NCBI RefSeq assembly: GCF_006345805.1
Contig: NW_021832829.1
Coordinates: 434,001-498,000 of the forward strand
Reading direction: 5' to 3'
From: Octopus sinensis
Taxonomy: Eukaryota
DNA length: 64,000 bases
The position numbers and the translations under genes were made by a program. Numbering within the stretch: position 1 is the first letter of the stretch; the number at the start of each line of letters is the position of its first letter. This document shows, in pieces, positions 38,038 through 50,842 of the stretch. The notes below the pieces were generated by a model. It was not told the DNA's origin. It was given only the letters and a program-made list of their open reading frames with translations, and searched no databases.

Positions 38038-38679
38038 GCTAAAATATTTAAATTAATTATTTGGAGGAAAAAATCAAGAATATGACCAAAAATGTACCAT
38101 ACCGACAGTTAAAGCACAGAGGAGGCAGCATAATGTTATGGGGGTGTTTTTCGTCTCAAGGAGTGGGTGAACTATTTTTCATAGATGGAATATTAAGTGC
38201 CAAGATGTACGTCGAAATTTTGGAAAATTGTTTAGTTTCGTCCATCAATAAATTAAAGCTAAGAAGCAATTGGACGTTTCAACACGACAACGATTCCAAA
38301 CATAAAGCTAAAATAACTACTGAATGGCTTAATAATAATGGAATAAATGTTCTGAAATGGCCTAGTCAATCTCTTGACTTAAACCCAATTGAAAATTTAT
38401 GGAAAACGTTAAAAATAGAGGTAAGAAACCGAAGACCTAGAAATATAGTGGACTTAAAAGCATTCTGCCGTGAGGAGTGGAATAAAATTTCCAAAGAAGA
38501 ATGCTTTAAATTAATAGATACATACAAAAGAAGATTAGAAGCAGTAATTGTTGCAAAAGGGCATGCAACAAAATATTAATAAGGCATCGTGCCAACACTT
38601 ATTGACCCTTAAATAACGCTAAAAATTAAAAAAATGTTTTTTCTTTGTCAATTATCGCTAATTTAAAAGATTTAATTCG

Positions 38680-39300
38680 CTTGCCAAGAAATTATATTTA
38701 TGTAATTTCTTGACTTCAACGTGCTTTAAAGATTGTTCAGAAGTAATTCAAACTTTGATAAGCATAATAATGTTTCAAACTTTGTCGTAGACAAAATATC
38801 CGGATTATTATTCCTAACTTAAAACCCGTCTTGATCGTCGTGTCCATTTGTCTTTCGATCACCTCAATAGAGACAGTTTAGTGAACGGAGTGGGTCTTCA
38901 ATTTCCTAGACTGTTTTATCCCATATTGTCGGCAGATGTCCACGTGAATGCACCCTTCAACCTCATTGTGGCGACGCAATCATAACTGTTCAACATTCTG
39001 CCATATTTAATAACAAGATGATCCAAAGTATTTTTGGCGGGGTGTATTGGTTTCGACTACTACTTCCGCTGTCAAAGAATAAGTTGCGGTGCTGACTCAT
39101 ACACAGCATTCCCTCCGACCTAGGAGAGTTATTCCCATGCAATAACCACCAGGACGACTTCTTCAGATCAATGTCCAAATCATCATAGCAATTAAATAAA
39201 TAAAGGGAACTTTTTTCATAGTGAAGAAGCTTTGTTTTTATCTGCTCAATTAAGTACTTTCCTTGCACATCTTTCAAAACGTTCAGTCTGCGGCTTTCCG
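38680..39300 (-). mobile_element. Degenerate R4/Dong-like retrotransposon 3' fragment
   Basis: SSWWLLHGNNSPRSEG..QHRNLFF, RHNEV and NNPDIFVYDK remnants, homologous to 59402-60050. Confidence 0.7.
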
Positions 39301-39589
39301 GAGTTGAATTTTGGTACTTTCTGGATAGGAATTTCCTGATAATGGCTAATTTGTGTTTCACCATTTTTCCCTCAAAAAAAATGTCCGTGTCCACCCGTTT
39401 GAGTATATCGATGTTTGTTACTTTGGCCCCCCAAGGGATTCTCAATAAACCCCTCCAGCACAAAGTTCTACGGCATTAATTCTTCTGTTTTATTCAACAA
39501 AAATAAAATATTTCATTAAAAAAATATAAATTGTTATTTCAAATTGTTTTAAACAGAAAAAAACATCTAAAAATAAAATTAAGTTCTTA

Positions 39590-42472
39590 TCGTTGGTGCA
39601 CCCAGGATAATTGTGACCGTCAACGCTTTTTTCGAGTTTACGATTTTTTGTTTTTGAAAGTTGTCTAAGCCTTTTGCATTTCCTAGCCCCATTCTGACAT
39701 TTTTAAGATCATTTTGTATTGTTAGCGGAGGCTGTACGTGGACTTCCTAGAAAAGAGTCTGTGCCTCAAAAATACGATTTCATGATGTCATTTGCAGGAA
39801 CAGCAAGGTCAATTCTTAAAATATGTTCAGGCAGTGGTTATGGACCATTCCTTATAATAGTAACCAATCTGATTTTCATATATTTGTCATTTGATTAGTT
39901 TTACAAGAAAGAAAAATCCTTATTGGTCGATACCCAGCGAGTTTTACTTGACCACGGCGACTTAATAATTTACTTGAATAAAGTAAAATATTTTTGAGTA
40001 AATACTGATCTCTTTTCAGCATAGAAAAATAAATTTTGAATTTTTTGTAAAACAAAAAATGATTAATTTACGTCAATGTTCTCATCGGTAAAAGTCTTAA
40101 GTATCATATTGCAGCGAATTGGCTTAATAGAATGAATCAGGGACAACGAATTAATGTTTTGTCCTTTTTTCAAACAATCAAAAGCCTTAAAAAGTCAATA
40201 TGATTTAAAACCACATAATCTATAAAAGACGATCGCTTTATATTTGCAGATTGTTTTTTAGACAAATTACGACCACTATTTATTGGCCAGTCCACAATTG
40301 GATGATGACTTACAGGAAAGGTCGTATGAGGAAGTTGTTCATCCTCGTACTTATTACAATCAGACAATTAAATAAACAAACCTGGACATTCGAACTCGAC
40401 AAATGTCTTAAATTTCGGAGAATTGCAGAATTTGCAGATTGTATATAATGCATTCTGTGAGACCGTAGAGTAGAGTATGGTCGTGTCATTGGTTTTTCCA
40501 AAGCTTCTTCGTCTTGATTGTCTATTTTTGAAACTTTTTCTTCCTCGTCATATCGTATTTCGACAGATTCAAACGATAAAAGTGCTACAACACTTTTTGT
40601 ACATATAAAAATACTTCTAAATATTAAAGATCATTACTTATTTTCAGAAACGTATAATTTTTTAATCGGATCACATTTTGCAGTAGCTCGAATCACTTTT
40701 ATACACTGAGCAGAGCGGAAATTCCAAATTCGTATTTTCCCATCATAACAGGCAGTGACCACTCTGAAGTAAACAAGAAAAGCACTCACAGCCACCCTAA
40801 ATTTGATATTTCAGACTAACTCTGGGTGTGGAAGGCTCATTATTTCACTGATCATCCACTCTGACTTGTTCCAACACTTCACCGTACAGTCTCTTGATGA
40901 CGTCAGCAGATATAAGTCTGTGAGTGAGATTGCTGTTATTGCTGAATTGTGTGCTTTACAAATCTGTAAATTCTAAATTTTGGCCATACTTTTTTTAGTT
41001 TATAATCTTGAAGCGAATATATTCTCAAAACTCCTGTCTTGTCCCCGGAAGCCATAAAATCGGCGTCAACAGCAATCCTTACAATTGGTGTGAAATGTTG
41101 GAAAGTATGAAGACATTTTCCAGTTAAACTGTCCCAAACTTTAAGTATTGGAAAATCCAATTCTACCTTTGCACGTGCAATCAGAGGATGCAGAGACGAT
41201 TATGTTAAAAGAACTTTGTATGTCGTTCACCGTATTTCTGTGACCAATGAATATTTTTGAGCACTTGTTAGTATTTAAATCCCATTTTCTAGTGAAATAA
41301 AATATTATAAATTACCTTATTGTGGTGTCGTAGCTTGCAGAATAAACGACGTCAGATGTTACTAAAAGCGCTCGAATCGAACCCACATGTCCTTTAAAAA
41401 TTTGAGTGACTTTTTGGTAGTTTTCGTCAAATTTCACCACATTGAATGAATTTTGTTTTCCGGTTATTGCTACAACCTTTCCTTGTTCACCAACACCAGC
41501 AGAATACTTCTCTCTGCTGCACTAAAAGTGGGCATTTCAAAAGAACAGAACCATTTGAATAATGGAATAAAATTATATGGTTGGAAGTATATATTCCGTT
41601 CTTCCAGTTCGACTGATTTGTATGAAATACGCTCTCCTGATTCCAGATGCGTCGGAATATCCATTTTTATGAAACTTGCATAGTTTTTGTTATAAACTTC
41701 ACCGGGGAAAAACTAAAAAAAATAGTTTTACAACACAAACGTGTAGAATAATATATTTTTTGTGGTTTCTCATAGCAACGCAGTCTTCTCGGAACTCCTT
41801 TACTTTAGTGTTCCAAAGACGAGAGACTAAAGACAGATTCCCAAGGGTCTCGTTGTCCAGCATTTGGAATAAATACTTTAATAGGTTATTAGGCAACTTT
41901 CCTATCAAATCAAATCGTGTGCTACATTGGTAGTCAACAGGAGAATACCTTTGTTGCTGATTGCTGTGGTCTTGGTACTTGGAAGTTTTACTAATATTTT
42001 TAAAATTATTTCTTTTTCTGAGGAGAGAGGTCAACTTGACCAAGACAAACAAAATGTGAAATGATTGAACGTTTTTAAGTATTTTTATTACAAATTTTAT
42101 TTGAAGCACTCCTGGTAGAGATCCAAACCATTGAAAAGTATCTTCGATTAAAATTCTTGCGGCATTTGACGGAATTGCTCTGTCTGCACTTGTGGATGGT
42201 GTGTCACATAGTTGGCGAAAATTATGCTGACTAATCGAATAGACATAGTCACGAGAAATCAAAATGTCTAGAATTTTGGAAAGCTTTAATAGTGAGTCGT
42301 AGTTTCTTATTCGGTTCAAAAGGCCATATAGAAAATTTTTTTTAGTTTTTTCACCAATTTGATAAAACCAAGTAATGTCTTGGAGTTTTTCTGTCAAACG
42401 ACTGTCGTCCAAATTTTCTTGAAATATTGACAGGCTCGGAGATCTTGTGTATCCAACACAATTTTGGTTCAT
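39590..42472 (-). CDS. FBXW10: F-box/WD40-repeat protein, FBXW10/CDRT1-like (both ends uncertain)
   Basis: F-box FDLIGKLPNNLLKYLFQMLDNETLGNLSLVSRLWN; ELEERNIYFQPYN; WD repeats FKGHVGSIRAL..SASYDTTIR, IGHRNTVN and VWDSLTGKCLHTF; exons separated by short GT-AG introns. Confidence 0.75.
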
Positions 42473-43045
42473 TAATCCAGTTATTTCGATATTTCCATTT
42501 TTATTTTGATATAATAAGAACGTTAATCGATGAGAAATCTAATCCCAGAAAACAAATGATTTATTGATATTAATTTAACAGAGATTTGTGGTTTGAAAGT
42601 GCCGTTTCTATAGAAATTTTGACGCATTCTTAACTTACTATGTGATAAAACAATTCTTAAATAAATTGATTTTAAAGGTGTATTTGAAGCACCATTCATA
42701 CAATCCATTAGTAAAATGTTTTTGTTTAATTATACATTAACGTTCAGATGTATTGTTTAGATCAATCGTTTTTCATTTTTAAAAGATAATTGTGGTAAAG
42801 GAGTTTTCAAGTATACATACACTTTTAATCATAACTACCTGATACTTCTTTGAAGTGTCTATCCGAATTTTGACAGCAAATTGTGGCCAGGTTCTTCAGA
42901 ACGGTTAGCTAGGACAACACTGTTTAACAAATTCTGTTTGAATTAAGTTACAATGATGATTTCCAATAACCCGTATCCATGCAAACTTGACTTGTAAAAA
43001 CTTCACTCCGTTAGAAGCTAAGTACTATTTTGTCTTCTCGATCTA

Positions 43046-44549
43046 CAGTCCGACCCCAAAATGGGGCAGACCCCAGGGGTGGGGCACCCTCGGATTTTGG
43101 GGCACCCCCGCAATTTGGGGCACTTTATTCCAAAAGTACATTTTGGCAGAAAAAAAATAAAAATCGATAAAAAATTATGGAATTTTTGGGGCACCATAAA
43201 ATCATTTATAAGGAATTAAAAATAAAATAAAATTATAATAAATTAATTATTTTTTGTTTTATTTTCAATTTATATTTTTATTGTTGTGGTTATGGATTAC
43301 GAAACTAAATTGAAGATTGCTAAAGAAATTTTGAAGAAAAATTTATCTGAGAGGCAACTAATGAAAAAGTACAACACAAGTAAAGGAACAATATCAAGAA
43401 TAAAACGAAATATTGTACCTTTCTTGCAACACGGCAATACTATTTCTGAGGAATATGACACATTTAAAGCCGATAAAGATAAATTTGATGATCAAGTCTT
43501 TGAAATATTTCAAAGACTACGCGTAGATAAAATTCCGATTTCAGGCCCTATTTTGAAAAAAATTGCCTTAGTTACAGCTTCAAAAATTGGATTTACTTCT
43601 TTTAAAGCTTCCAATGGGTGGCTTGATAGATTTAAATGCTGCAGTTTAATCGGGGAAAAACTTAATCCATTGATTATTGGAAAATATAAAAAACCTCGGT
43701 GTCTAAAAAATTTTGATGTTCAAGATTTTGGGTTATTGTATTCATCTTCTCAAAATGCATGGATGACTGGAAAGACTTTTATGAGTTGGCTTACACTTAT
43801 AAATGAATCGTTTTGCAAAAACAACAGAAAAATATTATTAATACTTGACAATGCGGGATGCCATAAAACTGCCGAATGTTCGAACATCGAATTTTTATTT
43901 TTGCCGAAAAATACAACGCCCTATTTACAACCTTTGGATATGGGAATAATCAAGATTTTTAAAGATTATTATTCCTCTTTCTTAATGGAATTTTTATGTT
44001 TTCAAGATTTCGAAAACGATTTTACACATTCTATTGGTAAATTAAATTTGCGTCAGGTTATGATGCTAATTTCAAAAGGATGGGAGAAAATAGATGCTAA
44101 AAGTATTGTTAATTGTTGGAAGAAAATCGACAGGAACCGTGATTCTTATGCAACAAAAAACTGTCTAACAGATGAACATTTAGATCAAGTTGTTAACGAA
44201 ACAATTGATGGAGAATGCGAAGACATGAACAATAATGTTTATGATACATATTCAGAAACCGAAAATAGTGAAAATGTCGTAGCAAAAACAAAAGATCTGC
44301 TTAACAATTTAGAAGAAAAAATTTCTAATGTTGCACCAAGTATGCTCCGAGATTTTTTTGATTTTCGGCTGAAATTGACGAACAATATCAGACAAAACTC
44401 TACAAATAAAAAGAAAATAACTGAATATTTTAGTAAAAATGTTTTTTGATGTTTATTAATGGTTTAATTTTTAAAAAAATAACAAACCCCTGTTTTTGGG
44501 GCACCCCCGCATTTTGGGGCACTTGGTGCCCCATTTGGGGGTCGGACTG
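43046..44549 (+). mobile_element. pogo/Tigger DNA transposon (1504 bp) with an in-frame-deleted transposase
   Basis: 23-bp TIR CAGTCCGACCCC(A/C)AAATGGGGCA; TA TSD at 43044-43045 and 44550-44551; TTGGGGCAC subterminal repeats. Confidence 0.95.
43292..44449 (+). CDS. pogo/Tigger (CENP-B-like) transposase lacking the first catalytic Asp segment
   Basis: Psq/CENP-B HTH (PISGPILKKIA, FKASNGWLDRFK) joins directly to CSLIGEKLNPLIIGK; NAWMT, LILDNAGCH and FLPKNTTPYLQPLDMGII are present; the N-x-DETG region is missing. Confidence 0.85.
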   Translation: MDYETKLKIAKEILKKNLSERQLMKKYNTSKGTISRIKRNIVPFLQHGNTISEEYDTFKADKDKFDDQVFEIFQRLRVDKIPISGPILKKIALVTASKIGFTSFKASNGWLDRFKCCSLIGEKLNPLIIGKYKKPRCLKNFDVQDFGLLYSSSQNAWMTGKTFMSWLTLINESFCKNNRKILLILDNAGCHKTAECSNIEFLFLPKNTTPYLQPLDMGIIKIFKDYYSSFLMEFLCFQDFENDFTHSIGKLNLRQVMMLISKGWEKIDAKSIVNCWKKIDRNRDSYATKNCLTDEHLDQVVNETIDGECEDMNNNVYDTYSETENSENVVAKTKDLLNNLEEKISNVAPSMLRDFFDFRLKLTNNIRQNSTNKKKITEYFSKNVF

Positions 44550-44697
44550 TATAAAGCTTCCATCCAAGTACCCTCACCCAATTATTGATAATAAAATAAC
44601 TGTTTAAATTTTGCTCATTTTAAAGATCATAAACACTATTTTAATCCATTCAACAATTTACAATAAAAAAGTTTACAAATATGAAAATTGTATGAAA

Positions 44698-46169
44698 TCA
44701 TAACGAATTCTTTTGAATTTCGTCCAAGCATCCAAATAGTGGTGGAATTTTGACAAAACAATCAGCCGAAACTATTCCGTCAGGTCTGGGAATATAAGGA
44801 GGACGCATATCTTCAATGTTATCCCAATTAATTTCTTTAAAAAATGAATACGTCCTAATCTCTGCAAATCAATTTAACAAAAATTGGAACGAGAAGCGTG
44901 ATTTCTCCGTTCGACCACGTCATAACATAAAAATTTATCGAGGAAATTTTGAGCAACTTCTGAGATCAAACCTGGCTCAATTTCAACCTTTTCTATGAAA
45001 ATTAGCAGGTCTAATATATTACCGTTGTTCAATACATTGTGAAAAACGCAACTCACAGTCAAGCCAGAAAATGGTGGTTCCCCAGTCAAAAACTCAAAAG
45101 TACAAACTCCGAGTGACCACCAATCCACCTCACTCCCTTACCATGACAGCCATACATCTAACCACCGTCTCCTCCTCTCGTCAACAATTCTGGAGCCAAG
45201 TAGTCAGGAGTCCCGTAGACCCGAGTTCTATTTTTTTGAGGCTTACTCTCCTAAAAACGTGAAATTATCACAAAAAACCTGAGACCGGATTCTCTCCAAA
45301 TTGATTGGTAGAGGACTCAAAGATGGATTGGGAGGATAAGATTGAATTCGATCAAGCGGGACGCCTATTCCGTCTTCATTTTCCTGACAGTTGATATGCG
45401 AAAAAAACAGTTTCTAATTTTGATGTGAGCGATAGGATCTGGCCAGGCGTACGTTCAATTCCGTTTATTTTTCTTTTTTTTCCAGAATTTGGTGTCGAAA
45501 GTATATCTGCAGGAACAATTTCTCAAAAGTAATTTCGTCAGCTGAACCTCTTCCAAGCTGGATTTTGGAAAGTCCAAAATCTGTCAATTTAAGATGTCCG
45601 TCGGCAGAAATGAGGATATTTTCAGGTTTCAAATCTCTTTGAATTACATAGGTCGAGCAAACCGGTGAATTATAAGATGTTTGTGAAGGTACTCGAGGGC
45701 CAAAGATATTTCTGCGACGTAGCAAACAGTCATCGGCTCTTCAAAGGTCACACATTTGTCCAAAAGAGTCCTGAGATCTCCTCCTGGGAGATATTCCATA
45801 ATCTTAAAATACATATTAGAATATTTATACTAAATAAACATTATTCTCGTTTTGTAGCGAATAAAATAAATGTACTATAAAAGAGCATCGAGTTATTGCT
45901 AGAGCGTCCCGTTCTTGGGTCACTTTTGAATATTTTTATATTCAATTACATTGATTAAACATATTCTTATTTCTCATGAATTGTTTGTCGATTACCTTCA
46001 TTGCAAGGAGGGTTTCAGGGGTATTTTTCCGTGATACTAAAAATACAGATCTTTATTAGATTCCAAATAATAACCCAAAGGCGCCTTGTTTTATTAGTTT
46101 TATGACTCCAAAATCGTCTACTTTGGGCAACTATTCAAAATATGAGCAAACAATCTACACCTGTGCCAT
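44698..46169 (-). CDS. MASTL: Greatwall/MASTL serine/threonine kinase
   Basis: After splicing: [47 protein letters not shown], Greatwall-specific [22 protein letters not shown] and [20 protein letters not shown]; multiple ~25-nt introns. Confidence 0.9.
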
Positions 46170-46503
46170 AAATTTAAATTTCCAAATATTTTTAATAACA
46201 TTTATTTTAATCGAATAAATTAATAATGATTATAATAAAAAATAATACATTATTTAAAAAAATTTAGTTTTATCGGACACTTTCGGGGCCAAAATCAGTT
46301 TGACAGTTTATGGCATTTAGAACTTTTGATAAGAGTCGCTGTGCTAAAATTAAACTTAGCATCTTTAATTCGATCAGAAATTTTTTAAAGATCAATGTAT
46401 TGAAAACTGCCACTTAATAAATTGGTCCCACTGGGATCTCAGCCAAATCCTCAGCTATTTAACACTTTTTTTTGTTAAATTATTTATATTTAAATTAAAT
46501 TTA

Positions 46504-46712
46504 TGATAACTACAAGTTAATTAATAAAAGCTTCATGGGCGGGAAGCCAACGCGATCGAGAAAGAGTTAGAGCGTACTGTCGCAAGGGATATCCGCTCGA
46601 AAAACCATCTCGATTCGCGGGCGTCGCCTGTGATAGCAGACATGCGGGACCCGATCTCCTGAACGAAGCTGATTGCCTTACTGCCCAAGGAACCGGGAGT
46701 CTCAACCGCGAA
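46504..46712 (-). mobile_element. CRE retrocopy 3' tip, same subfamily as 33975-35530
   Basis: Near-identical to ~33978-34187; encodes FAVETPG...FERISLATVRSN. Confidence 0.88.
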
Positions 46713-47529
46713 ACACTTAGGTGGCAGATATTCCAAAACCACCAAATCATGACTGCAGTTTAATTATCTATGGCGATTATATCCTAATAACGGATAGATC
46801 GTGGCATCCAAGCAGATTGATCAAACTGGTTGATTAAATAAGATCCTAGTGCCCAGAAAAAAGTATATTTCTGACCTAGGAAGAAAATGATAGACAAGCT
46901 AAAATTTTACTATCTAAATTCAAACAAAATCTGGAAACGAAATGACTTAGAGTGGTATTTTAAAATAATTAAAAAATACTTATGGAATTTACAATTAGGA
47001 AGAAAAGGGCGACCAAAATTTTGATGGGTCCAATTCATTTTGATGGAATGCGAAAACTGCCATTTTCATTCACAAATCTGGTGAAAATAATCTGATTATA
47101 TGGATGCGAAATTTTTGATGTAAATGATAGCATCGTTAACCTGTTTAACAACAAGAGATATGCATTGAAGTTAGTTTTTAGAAGGAAATTTGACACGGCA
47201 TTGACTAAGTCAGAAAACAATTCGGTAGATTGCTTCAATAATTTAATTGAGAAGAAGGAAAGCTTTTTATTTAAAGTAAATCAATTAGGGTAAAGTCAAA
47301 TTTGGGGAGATGCAAACAAATGTCTCATAAATAGGCCAGTAGCTAATCCCTAGTTGCTCATCACTATTTGTTTATTTTAAATACAGTAAATCCACCGATT
47401 TTTTTGGTCGGTCCCAAAATCGCCGGATTCGAGAAATTATACTGTATTAATAATTTGAATTTTTATCGACGCGAACAATTCCGCTCGAAAGTCTTGTATT
47501 TAGCATTTAAGGTGCTAAAAACATTCAAA

Positions 47530-48720
47530 AATTTACAAAACACTTGTCTAAAAAGATGATTTAAAATACTTCAAGAGGGTCTTCATCTTTGCCTGATTTT
47601 CCTCACGTGAGCCCACCAAAGTGCGTCTTATACGTGTAACCCTGGTCACGGGGATTGCATTATACTTTCGTCCATATGAAATCATGAGGATTTCCATGTT
47701 CGTAGGAGCTGAGGACCTCCCTCTAGTCCAGCGCTCCGTGGAGGTAAAGGCTCTTTTCAGGTTCACCTCGATCTATATTTTGTTGGTCCAGGAAACTGAT
47801 TTACCCCATACCGTAGATACGTAGGAGCAGCAGGGCACGATGTACTTGTATAAACAGCCAAGTATGGGGTGTTTTCGAAAATTCCAAAGGCCGAAGAAAC
47901 ATTTTAAGACGTTGGTTTCCTTTTCATGTTTCATTAAGACATTGACGATGTGAGGGGAGAAGCACATGTGAGTATCGAACATAATTCATGGAATCTTCTT
48001 GGTCCGGCAAAACTGATTTTTTTTGTCTAGTGTAAAACGCATTGACTTCTTCCGAAGTCTTTTATCGGAGGTAAACAGGAAAGTCGCCGACTTTCCTAAA
48101 GTTGATATGCGATTAACAGTGATCCAGTTATTTAATATATTCAAGTTTCATTGTAGCGTTGATGAAGCAGCCAGGATGTTCAAAGCTTTCGAAGCAATGA
48201 CGATGTCATCGGCGTAAGAAATCAGATTTAATTTTCATTATCCATTAGAGGCAGATTAGCGATGAAGAGGTTAAACAGAACGGGCGAAAGCGAGGAACCT
48301 TGCGGACCTTCGAGTCGATTTTCCCATATATCTTTCCGACCACTTAGGAAGTTTGATAGCTAAAGCTTGAAATTTGCAGGCATTTTTGATATAAATATCT
48401 TCTGAATAAAGATTTTTCTCGATACTGAGTCGAAGACTTTTTGTAAGTCAATAGTACAAAGAACGGTTTTTTGATGTTCGAGTTCTCGTAAGAATCCAAG
48501 CTGAACAAAATTAATCAAAGTGGATAAGTTTGTCAGAGTAAATCTCTATTTTAAAATTATGCTGAAAGGCTTGTCGAAAAGATAGCCTTTGATCTTCAAG
48601 AGAACAAGTTTTTCTAAAGAACTTCGACATGGAATAAAGTAGGGCGACTGGTCTGTAAGAGCATGGTTCCTTTTTAGATTTTCCTAGTTGTAGAATTAAG
48701 CGAGGTGGGCCATTTTCCAC
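47530..48720 (-). mobile_element. Degenerate LINE RT fragment (Jockey/I-like), same family as 48990-50842
   Basis: SYRPVALL, TVLCTIDLQKVFDSVS, PQGSSLSPVLFNLF, SYADDIV and FDTHMCFSPH with many indels. Confidence 0.78.
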
Positions 48721-48989
48721 AGTGAAAGAATAAAATTTTTATTAATAGAGTGATTGAGGTTTTTGTCAGAGCCGTAGAATTATTGAGATTCCGTATCACT
48801 GGGTAATGGTGACTTAACGATTTTAAGTATTTCCATCCTTAATAACAGGCCTTAATAAGGCCGATACTGAAGCCTGGAAGACCAAGAGGGGACCCGGCAT
48901 CTTTCAGGCCGATTTCCCTGTTATGTTCGAAGTCAAAAATCCTGGAAAGACTGGTTCTTGGCAGAATAGAAGATTTCTTACCCGAAAGA

Positions 48990-50842
48990 CATTTTCAACA
49001 TGGGTTTAAGAAGGCAAGTCCACGTCTTCGTACCTCCAATCCTTGTCAAACTTCATCTGTACCGGTTTTGCCAGCAAACCGAGGCACCAAAAGACCGTGC
49101 TCTGTTCCGTCGACATCAATAAACCCTTCGATTCCGTCTCGAAAAAGCTCCTCTCAAAAAAGATATTCCAATCCGATTTTCCTCTGAAGCTAAAAATATG
49201 GATTACCAACTTCCTAAGTGGACGAAGGGGAAGGGTGTGCCTCGGTGGTCTGAAGTCCAAATCTCGTCTTCTACCCAACGGAGTACAGTATAACCTCCAT
49301 TTGGGGCAGACCTCTGGCTTGGGGAACCTCTATTTTTGGGGAAACCTCTATTTTTGGGGTAGTTTGAAAAGGATATAATTTTTATGCGGTAATTTCCAAA
49401 TTTAGAAATTACCGGAACCTCTAAGTGGGGCACAGGATTTTTAATTTATATACATATTTGCTATTAAAATTAAAATTAATTATATAAAATTTCATTTGGA
49501 AGCCTCGTGTAATTTTTGTATTCTTGTTGTTATGGCTCGTAAGCTTAGTCTTGAGTTAAAGATCAAAATTGCCAAGGAATTAAGTGAAAATAAACATCTT
49601 ACTGAACGAGATATTGTAGATAAGTACAAAATTAGTAAAGGTTTTTTATTAATGTAAGTTTTTAGGCGCTGTGTCACGTATTAAAAAAAATTATCTCAAT
49701 TTTTTTAATACTGGGGCTGTTCAAACAGATTTTCCCAGAAATATTCAACGCTCTCCTCATACTTTATCCCAAAAATTGGATAAAATTGTTTTTGAGGCTT
49801 TCACCAAGACAAGGGAAGAATTTATTCCTGTGTCCGGTCCTCTTTTAAAACATGTTTAAATGTTCTTAAAAATACTTTATTTATTTATAAATTAATGAAA
49901 AATATGCTAAAACTATTAAAATTTTTATAAAAATAAAGAAAATTTCAGACCTCCATTTTTGGGGAAACCTCTATTTTTGGGGCAATTTTTCAAAATTGAT
50001 GCCCCAAATGGAGGTTATACTGTACCTCAGGGATCCCCCTTATCGCCGGCCCTCTTCAACCTATTTTTGGAAGACCTCCCTCACTCCCTCGACAACAATG
50101 ACATTGTTCTCTCATACGCGGACGACATCGTACTAGCCTCACGGGACCGGGACATCCAGAAGGCCTCTGAAAGGCTCCAAGCTAACTTGGATCGGCTGAA
50201 CCTATGGCTGACGGACAACCGGCTCGTGGTAAACGCGGCGAAGTCCGCCACGTCCCTCTTCAGTTCGGATAAAAGATTGGGAAGGACGTCAGTCGACTTA
50301 AAGCTGAATAATATATCCGTTCCCTTCTGCAGGAGTCAGACGGTGCTAGGAGTAACCCTCGACATGCATCTCTGTTTCTCCCCACATGCGGACAACCTCC
50401 TTCGCAAATGCGAACAAAAATTGAACATATTACGAACTCTATCCGGAATATGGAAAAACGGGTCGCACCCGGTACTGGCGAATATCTGCCGCCAGTACTT
50501 CAAACCTTGTATTGCCTACGCTTGCGGATCATGGGGTCCACGGCTATCGTGGTCCAACAGGAGGCGAATCGAGAAGGCCCAACAAAGGGCCCTCAGATTA
50601 ACCGATCGTTGGTCACATGATAGCCAATGCCCCGGTGCAGCTTCTCTGGAAGACCTCATCAAGCTGAACCTGGGCCCGTCAGCGAATGCTCCGCCAAAAA
50701 CGGCCTGCTGCCCAGTGCGATCTTGTGTGGGCTCGTGGAAAGATCACCGAGCGAGGATGAGGTCCCTGGTTGAGTGCATCGGAATTACGTGACGTTTGTT
50801 CGGTTTTTAGCGTGGTCTTGGTGATTTAATAAATAAATAAAT
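48990..50842 (+). mobile_element. 5'-truncated LINE (Jockey/I-like RT) with (TAAA)n tail, split by a pogo MITE
   Basis: TVLCSVDINKPFDSV, GV|PQGSPLSPALFNLF, SYADDIV and LGVTLD; TAATAAATAAATAAAT at ~50827-50842. Confidence 0.88.
49286..50022 (+). mobile_element. Non-autonomous pogo/Tigger element (737 bp)
   Basis: Perfect 23-bp TIR CAGTATAACCTCCATTTGGGGCA; TA TSD within the Val codon of RT motif GVPQG; HTH remnant LELKIKIAKEL..IPVSGPLLK related to the 43292 transposase. Confidence 0.93.

Larger units (their letters stand above)
32992..38675 (+). mobile_element. Tc1 (DD34E, IR/DR type) transposon, split by ~4.2 kb of nested insertions; right TIR truncated
   Basis: TA|CAGTGGGCCCAAAAAGTCATGGCAC outer end and inner repeat GGGTCAAAAAGTGTTGGCAC; TIR ~33125-33210 inverted at ~38590-38675; transposase from ATG 33367 to WSDETKMELFG, resuming at ~38060 with KHRGGSIMLWGCF, FQHDNDSKH and WPSQSLDLNPIENLW. 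Confidence 0.92.

Noticed and set aside
47384-47444. TA|CAGTA...TACTG|TA 61-bp mini element
   Set aside because: The inverted match is only about 5 bp; cannot be distinguished from chance or a remnant
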